The notes beneath the pieces are model-generated. The model saw nothing but the letters and a program-made list of their open reading frames with translations, was not told where the DNA came from and ran no database searches. From Phenylobacterium sp. (GTDB taxonomy: Bacteria > Pseudomonadota > Alphaproteobacteria > Caulobacterales > Caulobacteraceae), in NCBI RefSeq assembly GCF_030679875.1, contig NZ_JAUXSP010000006.1, forward strand, positions 129,653 to 193,652: a DNA stretch of 64,000 nucleotides, given 5' to 3'. The position numbers and the translations under genes are program-made. Positions 34,827-43,597 of this stretch are shown one piece after another; position 1 is the stretch's first letter, and every line of letters begins with the position of its first letter.

Positions 34827-34905
34827 ATGCTCGCCCTTGTGGCGAGCATCCCTGTCGAGGGCGGGCGCGGGCGGCGAGGGAGATTCTCGGCACAAGGCCG
34901 AGAAT
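34827..34905. repeat. Two inverted copies of a 23-nt REP-like palindromic unit
   Basis: Unit A (34827-34849) is ATGCTCGCC-CTTGT-GGCGAGCAT. Unit B (34883-34905) is ATTCTCGGC-ACAAG-GCCGAGAAT. B equals the reverse complement of A except for two stem positions, each changed on both arms so that pairing is kept. Confidence 0.45.
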
Positions 34906-34935
34906 GACGGGGGGTGGGGGCAGGGCGCCCGCCCT

Positions 34936-35406
34936 CTAATCCAACGCGCCCACATCCAGCACCGGCGAGGCGTCGATGCCTTCGGCGTTCAGCAGGGCGG
35001 CGACGCGCTCCAACCCGGCGATGATCGAGGCCTGCTCCCAGTCGGCGAGCTTTTCGAAGCGGGCGGCGAAGCGGTCCTGCAGCACGTCGGGCATGTCGGC
35101 CAGGGCGCGACGACCCTCGGCCGTCAGCTCCACCGAGACGCGGCGCCGGTCCTGACTGCCCCGATTGCGGATCACCAGGCCCCGGGCCTCCAGCTTGTCC
35201 AGCAGGGCGGTGACGGTGGCCTGGCTCAGCCGGGCGGCCTCGGCGATGGCGCCGGCGCCGGGTTCGCCTTCCCGGGCGACGATCTGCAGGACGATGAGCT
35301 GGGAGGGCGTCAGCCCCGTGGTCCGGGCCAGATCCCGCGAGGCGAACTCGGCGGCCCGCACGATCCGGCGGATCGCCACCAGGGCGTCACTGACGCGGCT
35401 CTCCAT
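34936..35406 (-). CDS. ectR: MarR-family transcriptional regulator, EctR-type (divergent from ectA)
   Basis: 156 aa. Winged-helix block ...LTPSQLIVLQIVAREGEPGAGAIAEAARLSQATVTALLDKLEARGLVIRNRGSQDRRRV... Its divergent position upstream of ectA matches the described EctR arrangement. Confidence 0.75.
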   Translation of the reverse strand: MESRVSDALVAIRRIVRAAEFASRDLARTTGLTPSQLIVLQIVAREGEPGAGAIAEAARLSQATVTALLDKLEARGLVIRNRGSQDRRRVSVELTAEGRRALADMPDVLQDRFAARFEKLADWEQASIIAGLERVAALLNAEGIDASPVLDVGALD

Positions 35407-35645
35407 TCCATCTCCCCTAGGCTTCGCGAGTCATCGCAGACCCCTGATCCCGCAACTTTGTCAGGGACGCAAGCGTCCGGAAGTTAGGGCTCACATACAA
35501 TTTGAAGTGCAAATTAACGGAAATTGCGAATTCTCGCGGAACTGCCTGTTTTGCCCGCGAATTCCCATATCCACAGCCCCGATGGTGCGCAAACGCTATG
35601 CAGCTGGGGTTGACATAATTAGTTCCACAAACGAAATAACGGCCC
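35407..35645. promoter_or_regulatory. AT-rich ectR-ectA divergent control region with several symmetric elements
   Basis: GGACGC-AA-GCGTCC (35465-35478). AATTTG-N5-CAAATT (35499-35515). Two copies of GCGAATTC, 31 bp apart (35526-35533 and 35557-35564). A perfect TTGACA (35610-35615) with GAAATA 17 nt downstream (35633-35638), only ~8 nt before the ectA ATG. Confidence 0.35.
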
Positions 35646-36278
35646 ATGGATATGCAGAGCAATCAATCGACTCCCGGTTCGCCGGGGGCCGGAGAGCGCT
35701 CGGGGGGCGGGTTGGAGTTCTCTTCACCCACAGCAGACGATGGCCAGGCGGTTCACCGCCTGATCGCCGCCTGTCCGCCGCTCGACCAGAACTCGGTCTA
35801 TTGCAACCTCCTGCAATGCACCCACTTCGCCGACACCTGTGTGGCCGTGAAGCGGGGCGACCGGCTGGTGGGGTGGGTCTCCGCCTACCGACCGCCGCAG
35901 GAGCCTGACACGCTCTTTGTCTGGCAGGTGGCCGTGGGCGAGGAAGCCCGGGGCCTTGGCCTCGCCGGACGGATGATCCTGCACCTGCTTGAACAGCCTG
36001 CCTGCGCAGGCGTGGAGCGGATCAAGACCACCATCACCCCGGACAACAGCGCCTCCTGGGGCCTGTTCAAGGGGGTGGCGCGGAAGCTGTCGGCGCCGCT
36101 CGACGACGCGCCCTGGTTCCTGAAGGGCCAGCACTTTCCTCCAGGTCACGAGACCGAACAGCTGGTCAGCATCGGGCCTTTCGAGCCGCCCGGCGGCCTT
36201 GCCATCCCATCAGGCCGCCCTGCGGCCAGCACTCATTTCACGGACCCGACCCCAAGGAAGGGAGATCAACATGTATGA
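35646..36278 (+). CDS. ectA: L-2,4-diaminobutyrate acetyltransferase
   Basis: 210 aa GNAT. ...DGQAVHRLIAACPPLDQNSVYCNLLQCTHFADTCVAV...LVGWVSAYRPP...LFVWQVAV...ARG.GLA..M is the typical EctA sequence. First gene of the ect operon. Confidence 0.9.
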   Translation: MDMQSNQSTPGSPGAGERSGGGLEFSSPTADDGQAVHRLIAACPPLDQNSVYCNLLQCTHFADTCVAVKRGDRLVGWVSAYRPPQEPDTLFVWQVAVGEEARGLGLAGRMILHLLEQPACAGVERIKTTITPDNSASWGLFKGVARKLSAPLDDAPWFLKGQHFPPGHETEQLVSIGPFEPPGGLAIPSGRPAASTHFTDPTPRKGDQHV

Positions 36279-37584
36279 TTCAGAAACCTCGGCGCAGACC
36301 TCGCGCCCCTTCGCCACCTTTGAGCGGTTGGAGTCGCAGGTGCGCTCCTATTCGCGCAGCTTCCCGGCGGTCTTCGACCGGGCCGAGGGCTCGCGGCAGT
36401 ACGACAAGGACGGCCGGGCCTATCTCGACTTTCTGACCGGCTGCTCGGTGCTGAACTATGGCCACAACCACCCGGCCATGAAGCGCGCCTTGATGGACTA
36501 CATCGAGAGCAATGGCGTTGTTCACAGCCTGGACATGCATTCCCGCGCCAAGGCCGAGTTCCTGGAGGCTCTGGAAGCCAAGATCCTCAAGCCCCGGAAG
36601 ATGAGCTACCGCGCCCAGTTCACCGGTCCCACCGGCGCCAACGCGGTCGAGGCGGCCCTGAAGCTGGCCCGCAAGGTGACCGGACGGACCAATGTGATCG
36701 CCTTCACCAACGGCTTCCATGGGGTGACCCTGGGCGCCCTGGCGGCCACCGGCAACAGCCACCATCGGGGCGGGGCGCACATCCCGCTCAGCGGCGTCAC
36801 CCGCATGCCCTATTGCGGCTACTTCGGTCAGGACGTGGACACCGCGGCCCAACTCGACCAGATGCTGAGCGACCCCTCCGGCGGCGTCGACAAGCCGGCC
36901 GCCATCATCGTTGAGGTGGTGCAGGGAGAGGGCGGCCTGAACGTCGCCTCGGCCGACTGGCTGCGCAAGGTCGAGAAGATCGCCCACAAGCACGGCGCGC
37001 TGTTCATCGTCGATGACATCCAGGCCGGCTGTGGCCGCACCGGCAGCTTCTTCAGCTTCGAAGGCATGGGCCTCAAGCCCGACATCGTCACCATGGCCAA
37101 GTCCCTGTCGGGGATGGGCCTACCCATGGCCCTGGTGCTGGTGAAGCCGGAATTCGACCAGTGGAAGCCCGGCGAGCACAACGGCACCTTCCGGGGCAAC
37201 TGCCACGCCTTCGTCACCGCCAAGGCCGCCATCGACACCTTCTGGTCCGACGACAGCTTCGCCGCCGATGTCCAGAAGAAGAGTGAGCGGCTGCGCAAAC
37301 GCCTGCGGGAAATCGCCCTGGCCAACCGCAGTGTGGTCAAGGACGTGAAGGGCCGCGGCATGATGCTGGGCCTGGATGTCGGATCGAGCGAGGTGTCCGA
37401 TCCCGTGGTCGATGAGGCCTTCAAGCGCGGCCTGATCATCGAGACCAGCGGCGCCCATGACCAGATCCTCAAGGTGCTGGCGCCCCTCAACATCACCGAC
37501 GTCGACCTCGACGCCGGCCTCGACATTCTGGCCGGCTGTGTCGCCGAAGTCGCCGAGCGCCAGGCGCTCGGCTCGGCGGCCTAA
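36271..37584 (+). CDS. ectB: Diaminobutyrate--2-oxoglutarate transaminase
   Basis: FERLESQVRSYSRSFPAVFDRAEGS..., class III aminotransferase, PLP lysine context ...DIVTMAKSLSG.GLPMA. ATG at 36271 follows AAGGAAGGGAG and overlaps the ectA end by 8 nt. Confidence 0.95.
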   Translation: MYDSETSAQTSRPFATFERLESQVRSYSRSFPAVFDRAEGSRQYDKDGRAYLDFLTGCSVLNYGHNHPAMKRALMDYIESNGVVHSLDMHSRAKAEFLEALEAKILKPRKMSYRAQFTGPTGANAVEAALKLARKVTGRTNVIAFTNGFHGVTLGALAATGNSHHRGGAHIPLSGVTRMPYCGYFGQDVDTAAQLDQMLSDPSGGVDKPAAIIVEVVQGEGGLNVASADWLRKVEKIAHKHGALFIVDDIQAGCGRTGSFFSFEGMGLKPDIVTMAKSLSGMGLPMALVLVKPEFDQWKPGEHNGTFRGNCHAFVTAKAAIDTFWSDDSFAADVQKKSERLRKRLREIALANRSVVKDVKGRGMMLGLDVGSSEVSDPVVDEAFKRGLIIETSGAHDQILKVLAPLNITDVDLDAGLDILAGCVAEVAERQALGSAA

Positions 37585-37596
37585 GGGAGTATTTCC

Positions 37597-37989
37597 ATGA
37601 TTGTACGCGACCTGCACGAAGCCGAGCAGACCCGCCGCCGGGTGGTCACCAAGGGCTGGGAGAGCACCCGCCTGCTGCTGAAGGAGGACCAGATGGGCTT
37701 CTCCTTCCACATGACGACCATCTATGCCGGCTCTGACCTGCCCATGCATTATCAGAACCACCTGGAGTCCGTTTACTGCGTCTCCGGCGAGGGCTCCATC
37801 GAGGACATCGCCACCGGCGAGATCCACCAGATCAGGCCCGGCGTCATGTACGCCCTGGACAAGCACGACAAGCACATCCTCCGGGCCAAGACCGAGATGA
37901 AGATGGCCTGTGTGTTCAACCCGCCCCTCAACGGGCTGGAGGTCCACGACGACACCGGCGCTTACCCGCTGGAAGCCGAAACCGTCTGA
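37597..37989 (+). CDS. ectC: L-ectoine synthase
   Basis: 130 aa cupin: [45 protein letters not shown]...[16 protein letters not shown]. Confidence 0.95.
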   Translation: MIVRDLHEAEQTRRRVVTKGWESTRLLLKEDQMGFSFHMTTIYAGSDLPMHYQNHLESVYCVSGEGSIEDIATGEIHQIRPGVMYALDKHDKHILRAKTEMKMACVFNPPLNGLEVHDDTGAYPLEAETV

Positions 37990-38099
37990 GGCCGGCCAGG
38001 GCGGCCCAGGCCAGCCCACGCCCCACCCTTTGACTTGATGGAGCCCCTGACCCGCGCCGCTGGGCGCGGTCAGGCGCCCCGAGGCGGAAGGAGCCTTTC

Positions 38100-39023
38100 A
38101 TGACCGATCTTTACCCATCCCGGGTCGCCGACCAGCCGCAGTGGCTGGCCCGCAAAGACCCTGTGATCCACAGCGACTGGCATTCGGAATCCCCCCTGAG
38201 CCAGGCGCAGCACGACGCCTTCGAGCGCGACGGCTTTCTGGTGCTGGAAAACGTCTTCGAAGCTGACGAAATCGCCGCATTACAGGCCGAGATGAACCGT
38301 TTGCGGGGTATTCCCAGCACCCTGGATCCGCAGACCGTTGTCGCCGAGCCCTCATCGGGCGCCCTGCGCTCGATCTTCGCGGTCCATCAGCAGAGCGCGC
38401 TTCTGGGGCGGCTGGCGGCGGACGAGCGCCTGGTGACGATCGCCAATCACATCCTGGGTGACGAGGTCTACCTCCATCAGACCCGGCTGAACTACAAGCC
38501 GGGCTTCGACGGCAAGGAGTTCTACTGGCACTCCGACTTTGAGACCTGGCACACCGAGGATGGCATGCCGCGCATGCGGGCCATCTCCATGTCGGTCCAG
38601 CTGGTGGACAATTTCGAGTTCAACGGGCCGCTGATGCTGATGCCCGGCTCGCACAAGTCCTTCGTCACCTGCGTCGGGGCGACCCCGGAGGACCACTACA
38701 AGCAGTCCCTGCGCAAGCAGGAGTACGGCGTGCCCGACCGCGACAGCCTGGCCAAGCTGGCCGAGCAGCACGGGATCGTCGCGCCCACGGGACCTGCCGG
38801 TTCGGTGGTGATCTTCGACTGCAACACCATGCATGGCTCGAATGGCAACATCACGCCCTTCCCCCGGGCCAACGCCTTCATGGTCTACAACGCCTGGGCC
38901 AACCGCCTTGAAAAGCCCTTCGGGGCCGAGCGCCCGCGCCCGGAATTCATCGGCGCGCGGGAGCATATCCAACGGCTGGCGCCCCTTTCCGGGAGCCTGG
39001 CCCAGCAGGTGAGGGCGGCCTGA
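38100..39023 (+). CDS. ectD: Ectoine hydroxylase
   Basis: 307 aa. Contains the EctD signature FYWHSDFETWHTEDGMP and a downstream His for the 2-His-1-carboxylate iron site. Confidence 0.95.
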   Translation: MTDLYPSRVADQPQWLARKDPVIHSDWHSESPLSQAQHDAFERDGFLVLENVFEADEIAALQAEMNRLRGIPSTLDPQTVVAEPSSGALRSIFAVHQQSALLGRLAADERLVTIANHILGDEVYLHQTRLNYKPGFDGKEFYWHSDFETWHTEDGMPRMRAISMSVQLVDNFEFNGPLMLMPGSHKSFVTCVGATPEDHYKQSLRKQEYGVPDRDSLAKLAEQHGIVAPTGPAGSVVIFDCNTMHGSNGNITPFPRANAFMVYNAWANRLEKPFGAERPRPEFIGAREHIQRLAPLSGSLAQQVRAA

Positions 39024-40471
39024 TGAGCGGACATTCAGTCGAGAAAATCGGGGGCACCTCAATCTCCAACACTGATGCGGTGATGGAGAACATCCTGGTG
39101 GGCGACCGCCAGGGGGCTGACCTCTATGGACGCATCTTCGTGGTCTCGGCCTATGCCGGGATCACCAACCAGCTGCTGGAGCACAAGAAGACCGGGACGC
39201 CCGGGGTGTACGCCCTGTTCGCCGGCGCGTCAGCCATGGAGGCTTCAGCCTGGCTCGACGCCATGGCGCGCCTGCAGGCCGACATGCTCAAGATCAATGC
39301 GGAACGTTTCGAAGAGGGGGAGGACCGGCAGGCCGCTAACGCCTTTATTCTGGCGCGGATCGAAGACGCCCGCTCTGCGCTCAGCGACCTGCAGCGCCTC
39401 TGCGCCCACGGCCACTTCCGCCTGGACACCCAGCTGGGGGCGGCCCGGGAGATGCTGGCCTCCCTCGGTGAGGTCCACAGCGCCCACAACCTGACGCTGG
39501 AGCTGCGTCGGCGCGGGGTGAACGCCCGCTTCGTCGATCTGACCGCCTGGCATGACAAGCGACCGCTGACGCTGGATGAACGAATCCAGGACGCCTTCGC
39601 CGATGTGGACGTGACCGCAGAGCTGCCCATCGCCACAGGCTTTGGCCAGCGCCGCGAAGGCCTGATGAAGGAGTTTGGCCGGGGCTATAGCGAGGTGGTC
39701 TTCAGCCGTATCGCCGTCCTGACCGGCGCCCGCGAGGCGATCATCCACAAAGAGTTCCACCTCTCCAGCGCCGACCCGAACCTGGTCGGCGCCGATGCGG
39801 TCCGCAAGATCGGCCGGACCAATTACGACGTGGCTGACCAGCTGGCCAATCTCGGCATGGAGGCGATCCATCCCCGGGCCGCCCGCGGCCTGCGCCACGC
39901 GGGGATCCCGCTGATCGTCAAGAACACCTTCGAGCCGCAGGATCAGGGCACCTCGATCTGCGGCGCCTTTGTCTCCGAGACCCCGCGGGTGGAGATCATC
40001 GCCGGCATGAAGGGGGTGACCACCCTGGAGCTGCTCGAGCAGGACATGGTGGGCGTGAAGGGTTACGACGCCGGCATCCTGGAAGTGCTGTCGCGCCACG
40101 ACGTCCGCATCGTATCCAAGGCGTCGAACGCAAACACCATCACCCACCACCTGGACGCCAATCCCAAGCAGGTGAAGCGGGTCATCGCCGACCTGGAAGA
40201 GATGTTCCCAAATGCGGCCATTTCGACCCGAAAAGTGGCCATTGTCGCGGTTATTGGCAGCGATTTGAACGTGCCCGGACTGACCAGCCGCGCGACCCTC
40301 GCGCTCGGCGAGGGCGGTGTCGAGGTGCTGGGCCTGCAGCAGCTTTCCCGGCGGGTGGATATCCAGTTCGTGGTCTCCGAAGACAGCTACGCCGCAGCCG
40401 TCACCGCCCTGCACCGACGACTTGTGGAAGATGACGGGGTCCTCGCCCGTCCCCTGCGTAGCGCGGCCTGA
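39023..40471 (+). CDS. ask: Aspartate kinase, ect-cluster specialised type (Ask_Ect)
   Basis: 482 aa. The N-terminus VEKIGGTSISN is the aspartokinase nucleotide-binding opening, with ACT-like repeats at the C-terminus. The start overlaps the ectD stop (TGATG). Confidence 0.9.
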   Translation: MSGHSVEKIGGTSISNTDAVMENILVGDRQGADLYGRIFVVSAYAGITNQLLEHKKTGTPGVYALFAGASAMEASAWLDAMARLQADMLKINAERFEEGEDRQAANAFILARIEDARSALSDLQRLCAHGHFRLDTQLGAAREMLASLGEVHSAHNLTLELRRRGVNARFVDLTAWHDKRPLTLDERIQDAFADVDVTAELPIATGFGQRREGLMKEFGRGYSEVVFSRIAVLTGAREAIIHKEFHLSSADPNLVGADAVRKIGRTNYDVADQLANLGMEAIHPRAARGLRHAGIPLIVKNTFEPQDQGTSICGAFVSETPRVEIIAGMKGVTTLELLEQDMVGVKGYDAGILEVLSRHDVRIVSKASNANTITHHLDANPKQVKRVIADLEEMFPNAAISTRKVAIVAVIGSDLNVPGLTSRATLALGEGGVEVLGLQQLSRRVDIQFVVSEDSYAAAVTALHRRLVEDDGVLARPLRSAA

Positions 40472-40484
40472 AGGCCAGCTTTTT

Positions 40485-40509
40485 CGCCCGCGGCCCCGCG
40501 CCGCGGGCG
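40485..40509 (+). terminator. GC-rich stem-loop after ask (terminator or attenuator before the transporter gene)
   Basis: CGCCCGCGG (40485-40493) pairs with CCGCGGGCG (40501-40509), preceded by TTTTT. The downstream tract is only weakly T-rich. Confidence 0.45.
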
Positions 40510-40565
40510 CTTCGCATTGTTGAACTATTTTTTGACCTGAGCATTGAACGTCCCGAGGCCGCGCC

Positions 40566-42032
40566 ATGACGATGATCGTATTCCTGCTCTGCCTGGCCGC
40601 CTTTGTGGCCATCGGCCTGGCTTCGGTGCGCAAGGCGCAGGCGTCCAAGAAGGACTACTACCTGGCCAGCAGCAATGTCCGCCCGGCCATGGCCGGGCTG
40701 TCGGCGGTGGCCACCAACAATTCCGGCTACATGTTCATCGGGGTGATCGGCTTCACCTACGCCACCGGTTTGGCGGCCATCTGGCTGATGATCGGCTGGA
40801 TTCTCGGCGACTTCCTGGCCTCCCTGTTCATTCATCGCCGCCTGCGCGAGGTGACCGAGAGCTCGGGGCAGGTGTCTTTCGGCGCGGTGGTCGCCAAGTG
40901 GTCAGGGCAGGACTTCGAACTCTGGCGCAAGATCGCCGCAGTGATCGCGGTGCTGTTCCTGGGCGCCTATGCGGCGGCGCAGATCGCGGCCGGCGGCAAG
41001 GCCCTGCAGGGTGTGCTGGGCTGGACGCCGCAGACCGGCGCCCTGATCTCGGCGGCCCTGATCCTGGCCTATAGCGCCTTTGGCGGCATCCGCGCCTCGA
41101 TCTGGACGGACGCGGCCCAGTCCATCGTCATGGTCTTCGCCATGAGCCTGCTGCTGGCGGTGGCCGTGGTCGGCCGCGGGGGACTGGACGCCACCTATCT
41201 GGAGATGGCGGCCATTCCCGGCTTCCTCGACCTCTTCCCCGCTGACCTGCTGTTCCCGGGGCTGCTGGGCATGGCGCTGTTTGTCGTCGGCTGGATGTTC
41301 GCGGGCATCAGCGTCATCGGCCAGCCGCACGTGATGGTCCGGTTCATGGCCCTGAACGAGCCCAGCGACATGGCCGCGGCCCGGGGCTGGTACTACGGCT
41401 ATTTCACCCTCTTCTATCTGCTGGCCACGGGTGTCGGCCTGATGTCGCGGCTCTATCTGCCGGACCTGGGGGCGCTCGATCCGGAACTGGCCCTGCCGAC
41501 CATGGCGGTGGAGCTGTTGCCTGCGGCCCTGGTCGGCGTGATCCTGGCGGGCATCTTCGCCGCCACCATGTCGACGGCCGACTCCCTTGTGCTGGCTTGT
41601 TCGGCGGCCATCACCAGCGACCTGGCCGGGGGCCGGATCCAGAAGGCCTGGATGATGAAGGCGGTGACCGCCGCGGTGACCATCATGGCGCTGCTGTTCG
41701 CCTTGAGCGGGTCGCGCAGCGTGTTCAGCCTGGTGATCCTGGCCTGGTCGACGCTCGCCTGCGCCTTTGGCCCGCTGATGATCGTCCAGGCCCTGGGCCG
41801 GCGCTTGAACCAGCCCATGGCCATCGCCCTGATGCTGGGCGGGGTGGGGATCGCCTTCCTGTGGCGGGTCCAGGGCTGGCATGAGCAGGTCTATGAGGGC
41901 CTGCCGGGCATCCTGATCCCGACCATCATCGGCCTGGCCATCAGCCACAAGGCACCGGCGCGGGTCGCCTCGCCCGCCGCGCAGGTCGAGCCAGCGCCAG
42001 CCCCGTCTCCAGCCGCGACCCCCCAGACCTAG
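40566..42032 (+). CDS. Sodium:solute symporter (SSS) family transporter, PutP-like
   Basis: 488 aa, ~13 predicted TM segments. ...YYLASSNVRPAMAGLSAVATNNSGYMFIGVIG... is the SSS N-terminal signature context. Same strand, directly after ectABCD-ask. Confidence 0.85.
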   Translation: MTMIVFLLCLAAFVAIGLASVRKAQASKKDYYLASSNVRPAMAGLSAVATNNSGYMFIGVIGFTYATGLAAIWLMIGWILGDFLASLFIHRRLREVTESSGQVSFGAVVAKWSGQDFELWRKIAAVIAVLFLGAYAAAQIAAGGKALQGVLGWTPQTGALISAALILAYSAFGGIRASIWTDAAQSIVMVFAMSLLLAVAVVGRGGLDATYLEMAAIPGFLDLFPADLLFPGLLGMALFVVGWMFAGISVIGQPHVMVRFMALNEPSDMAAARGWYYGYFTLFYLLATGVGLMSRLYLPDLGALDPELALPTMAVELLPAALVGVILAGIFAATMSTADSLVLACSAAITSDLAGGRIQKAWMMKAVTAAVTIMALLFALSGSRSVFSLVILAWSTLACAFGPLMIVQALGRRLNQPMAIALMLGGVGIAFLWRVQGWHEQVYEGLPGILIPTIIGLAISHKAPARVASPAAQVEPAPAPSPAATPQT

Positions 42033-42195
42033 ACGGCGGATCCGGCCGCTTGTGATTGACGCCGCCGCCGGGTCCGGCCCATGACAGGGGCTGGAAAATG
42101 CGCGCCCTCATCGGTCGCCGAGCCAGACCCGACCCTAGAAGTCTGGCTGGTCGAGTGCGACTGAGGACGCCGAACATGGAAGCGGAGGACCACCC

Positions 42196-42765
42196 ATGCG
42201 CCTGGCCAAACCCCGGATCGAACCTCTCGCCGACAAGGACATGGACGCCGATCAGCGCGAGCTGCTCGCCCCCATGGCCGAGCGCGGCAAGGTTCTGAAC
42301 ATCTTCCGCACCCTTGTGCGCGAGCCCAAGGCCATGAAGGGCTTCATGGGGTGGGGCAACTACATCCTGTCACGCAGAAACGGCCTGCCGGCCCGGGAGC
42401 GGGAGATCGTCATCCTGCGCATCGGCTATCTCTGCCGCTCGGGCTATGAATGGACCCAGCACGTGCCGATCGGCAAGCAGGCGGGCCTGACCGACGAAGA
42501 GGTGGCGCGCATCAAGCAGGGCCCCGACGCGGCCGGTTGGAGCCCCGCCGACGCCGCCCTGGTCCGCGCCGCCGACGAACTGCACCACGACCAGTTCATC
42601 ACCGAGACGACCTGGAAGGCGCTCGACGCCCATTTCAGCGACAAGCAGAAGATGGACGTGGTGTTTTCCGCCGGTCAGTACACCCAGGTCTCGATGATGC
42701 TGAACACGTTCGGGGTTCAGCTGGACGAGGGCCAGACCCTTGATCCTGACCTGAAGGGCTTCTGA
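42196..42765 (+). CDS. Carboxymuconolactone decarboxylase (AhpD-like) family protein
   Basis: 189 aa. ...REREIVILRIGYLCRSGYEWTQHVPIG... is typical of the CMD family. Confidence 0.8.
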   Translation: MRLAKPRIEPLADKDMDADQRELLAPMAERGKVLNIFRTLVREPKAMKGFMGWGNYILSRRNGLPAREREIVILRIGYLCRSGYEWTQHVPIGKQAGLTDEEVARIKQGPDAAGWSPADAALVRAADELHHDQFITETTWKALDAHFSDKQKMDVVFSAGQYTQVSMMLNTFGVQLDEGQTLDPDLKGF

Positions 42766-43562
42766 TGGGACGGCTCGACGGCAAGACCGCAGTCATCTGC
42801 GGGGCAGGGCAGACGCCGGGGCAGACCATCGGCAATGGCCGCGCCATGGCGGTCCTGTTCGCCCGCGAAGGCGCCCGGGTCCTCTGTGTCGATCGGGTCG
42901 CCGAGCGCGCCCAGGAGACGGTGGACATGATCACCGCCGAGGGGGGCCACGCCTACGCCCTGGCGGCCAATATCGCCAAGGCCGAGGGCGCCGAGGCGGT
43001 GGTCGCCGCGGCGGCCGAAACCCTCGGACGTCTCGATATCCTGGTCAACAATGTGGGGATCGGCGGGGGCGATGGACCGGCGCACAAGGTCGAGGAAGAC
43101 GCCTTTGACAAGATCATGGCGGTCAATCTCAAGGGCGCCTGGCTGACCAGCAAGGCCGCCATCCCCATGATGCGCGCGCAAGGCGGCGGGGCCATCGTCA
43201 ACATCTCGTCCCTGGCGTCGCTGGCGGGCGGAAATCAGGTGGCCTACGAGGTTTCCAAGGCCGCCATGAACCGCCTGACCACCAGCATCGCCCAGTCCAA
43301 CGCCAAGTATCGGGTGCGCTGCAACGCCATCCTGCCGGGCCTGATGGACACGCCCATGGCCGTGGCCGGCATCGCCCAGGCGACAGGCCAGGACGTCGAG
43401 GCGGTCCGCGAGGCCCGTGGCGCGAGGGTTCCCCTGGGGGCCAAGATGGGCACGGCCTGGGACACCGCCTATGCGGCCCTGTTCCTGGCCAGCGACGAGA
43501 GCGCCTTCATCACCGGCGTCCTGCTGCCGGTCGATGGCGGCATGTCCAGCCGGATCGGCTGA
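42765..43562 (+). CDS. SDR-family oxidoreductase
   Basis: 265 aa. GKTAVICGAGQ..GIG, NNVG and Y-x3-K (YEVSKAA). The start overlaps the upstream stop. Confidence 0.85.
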   Translation: MGRLDGKTAVICGAGQTPGQTIGNGRAMAVLFAREGARVLCVDRVAERAQETVDMITAEGGHAYALAANIAKAEGAEAVVAAAAETLGRLDILVNNVGIGGGDGPAHKVEEDAFDKIMAVNLKGAWLTSKAAIPMMRAQGGGAIVNISSLASLAGGNQVAYEVSKAAMNRLTTSIAQSNAKYRVRCNAILPGLMDTPMAVAGIAQATGQDVEAVREARGARVPLGAKMGTAWDTAYAALFLASDESAFITGVLLPVDGGMSSRIG

Positions 43563-43597
43563 CCAAATTCATATCCAGCTATTTTCAGGAGCGCGTT

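Noticed and set aside
34709-34939. 76-aa plus-strand ORF in the DUF805-ectR gap
   Set aside because: It spans the three stem-loops, has Arg/Pro/Gly-rich composition and no RBS. The region is better explained as structured non-coding DNA.
39245-41948. Long minus-strand ORFs (39245-40648, 40401-40835, 40902-41948) antisense to ask and the SSS transporter
   Set aside because: Arg/Gly/His-rich translations with no family resemblance. The sense genes are well supported.
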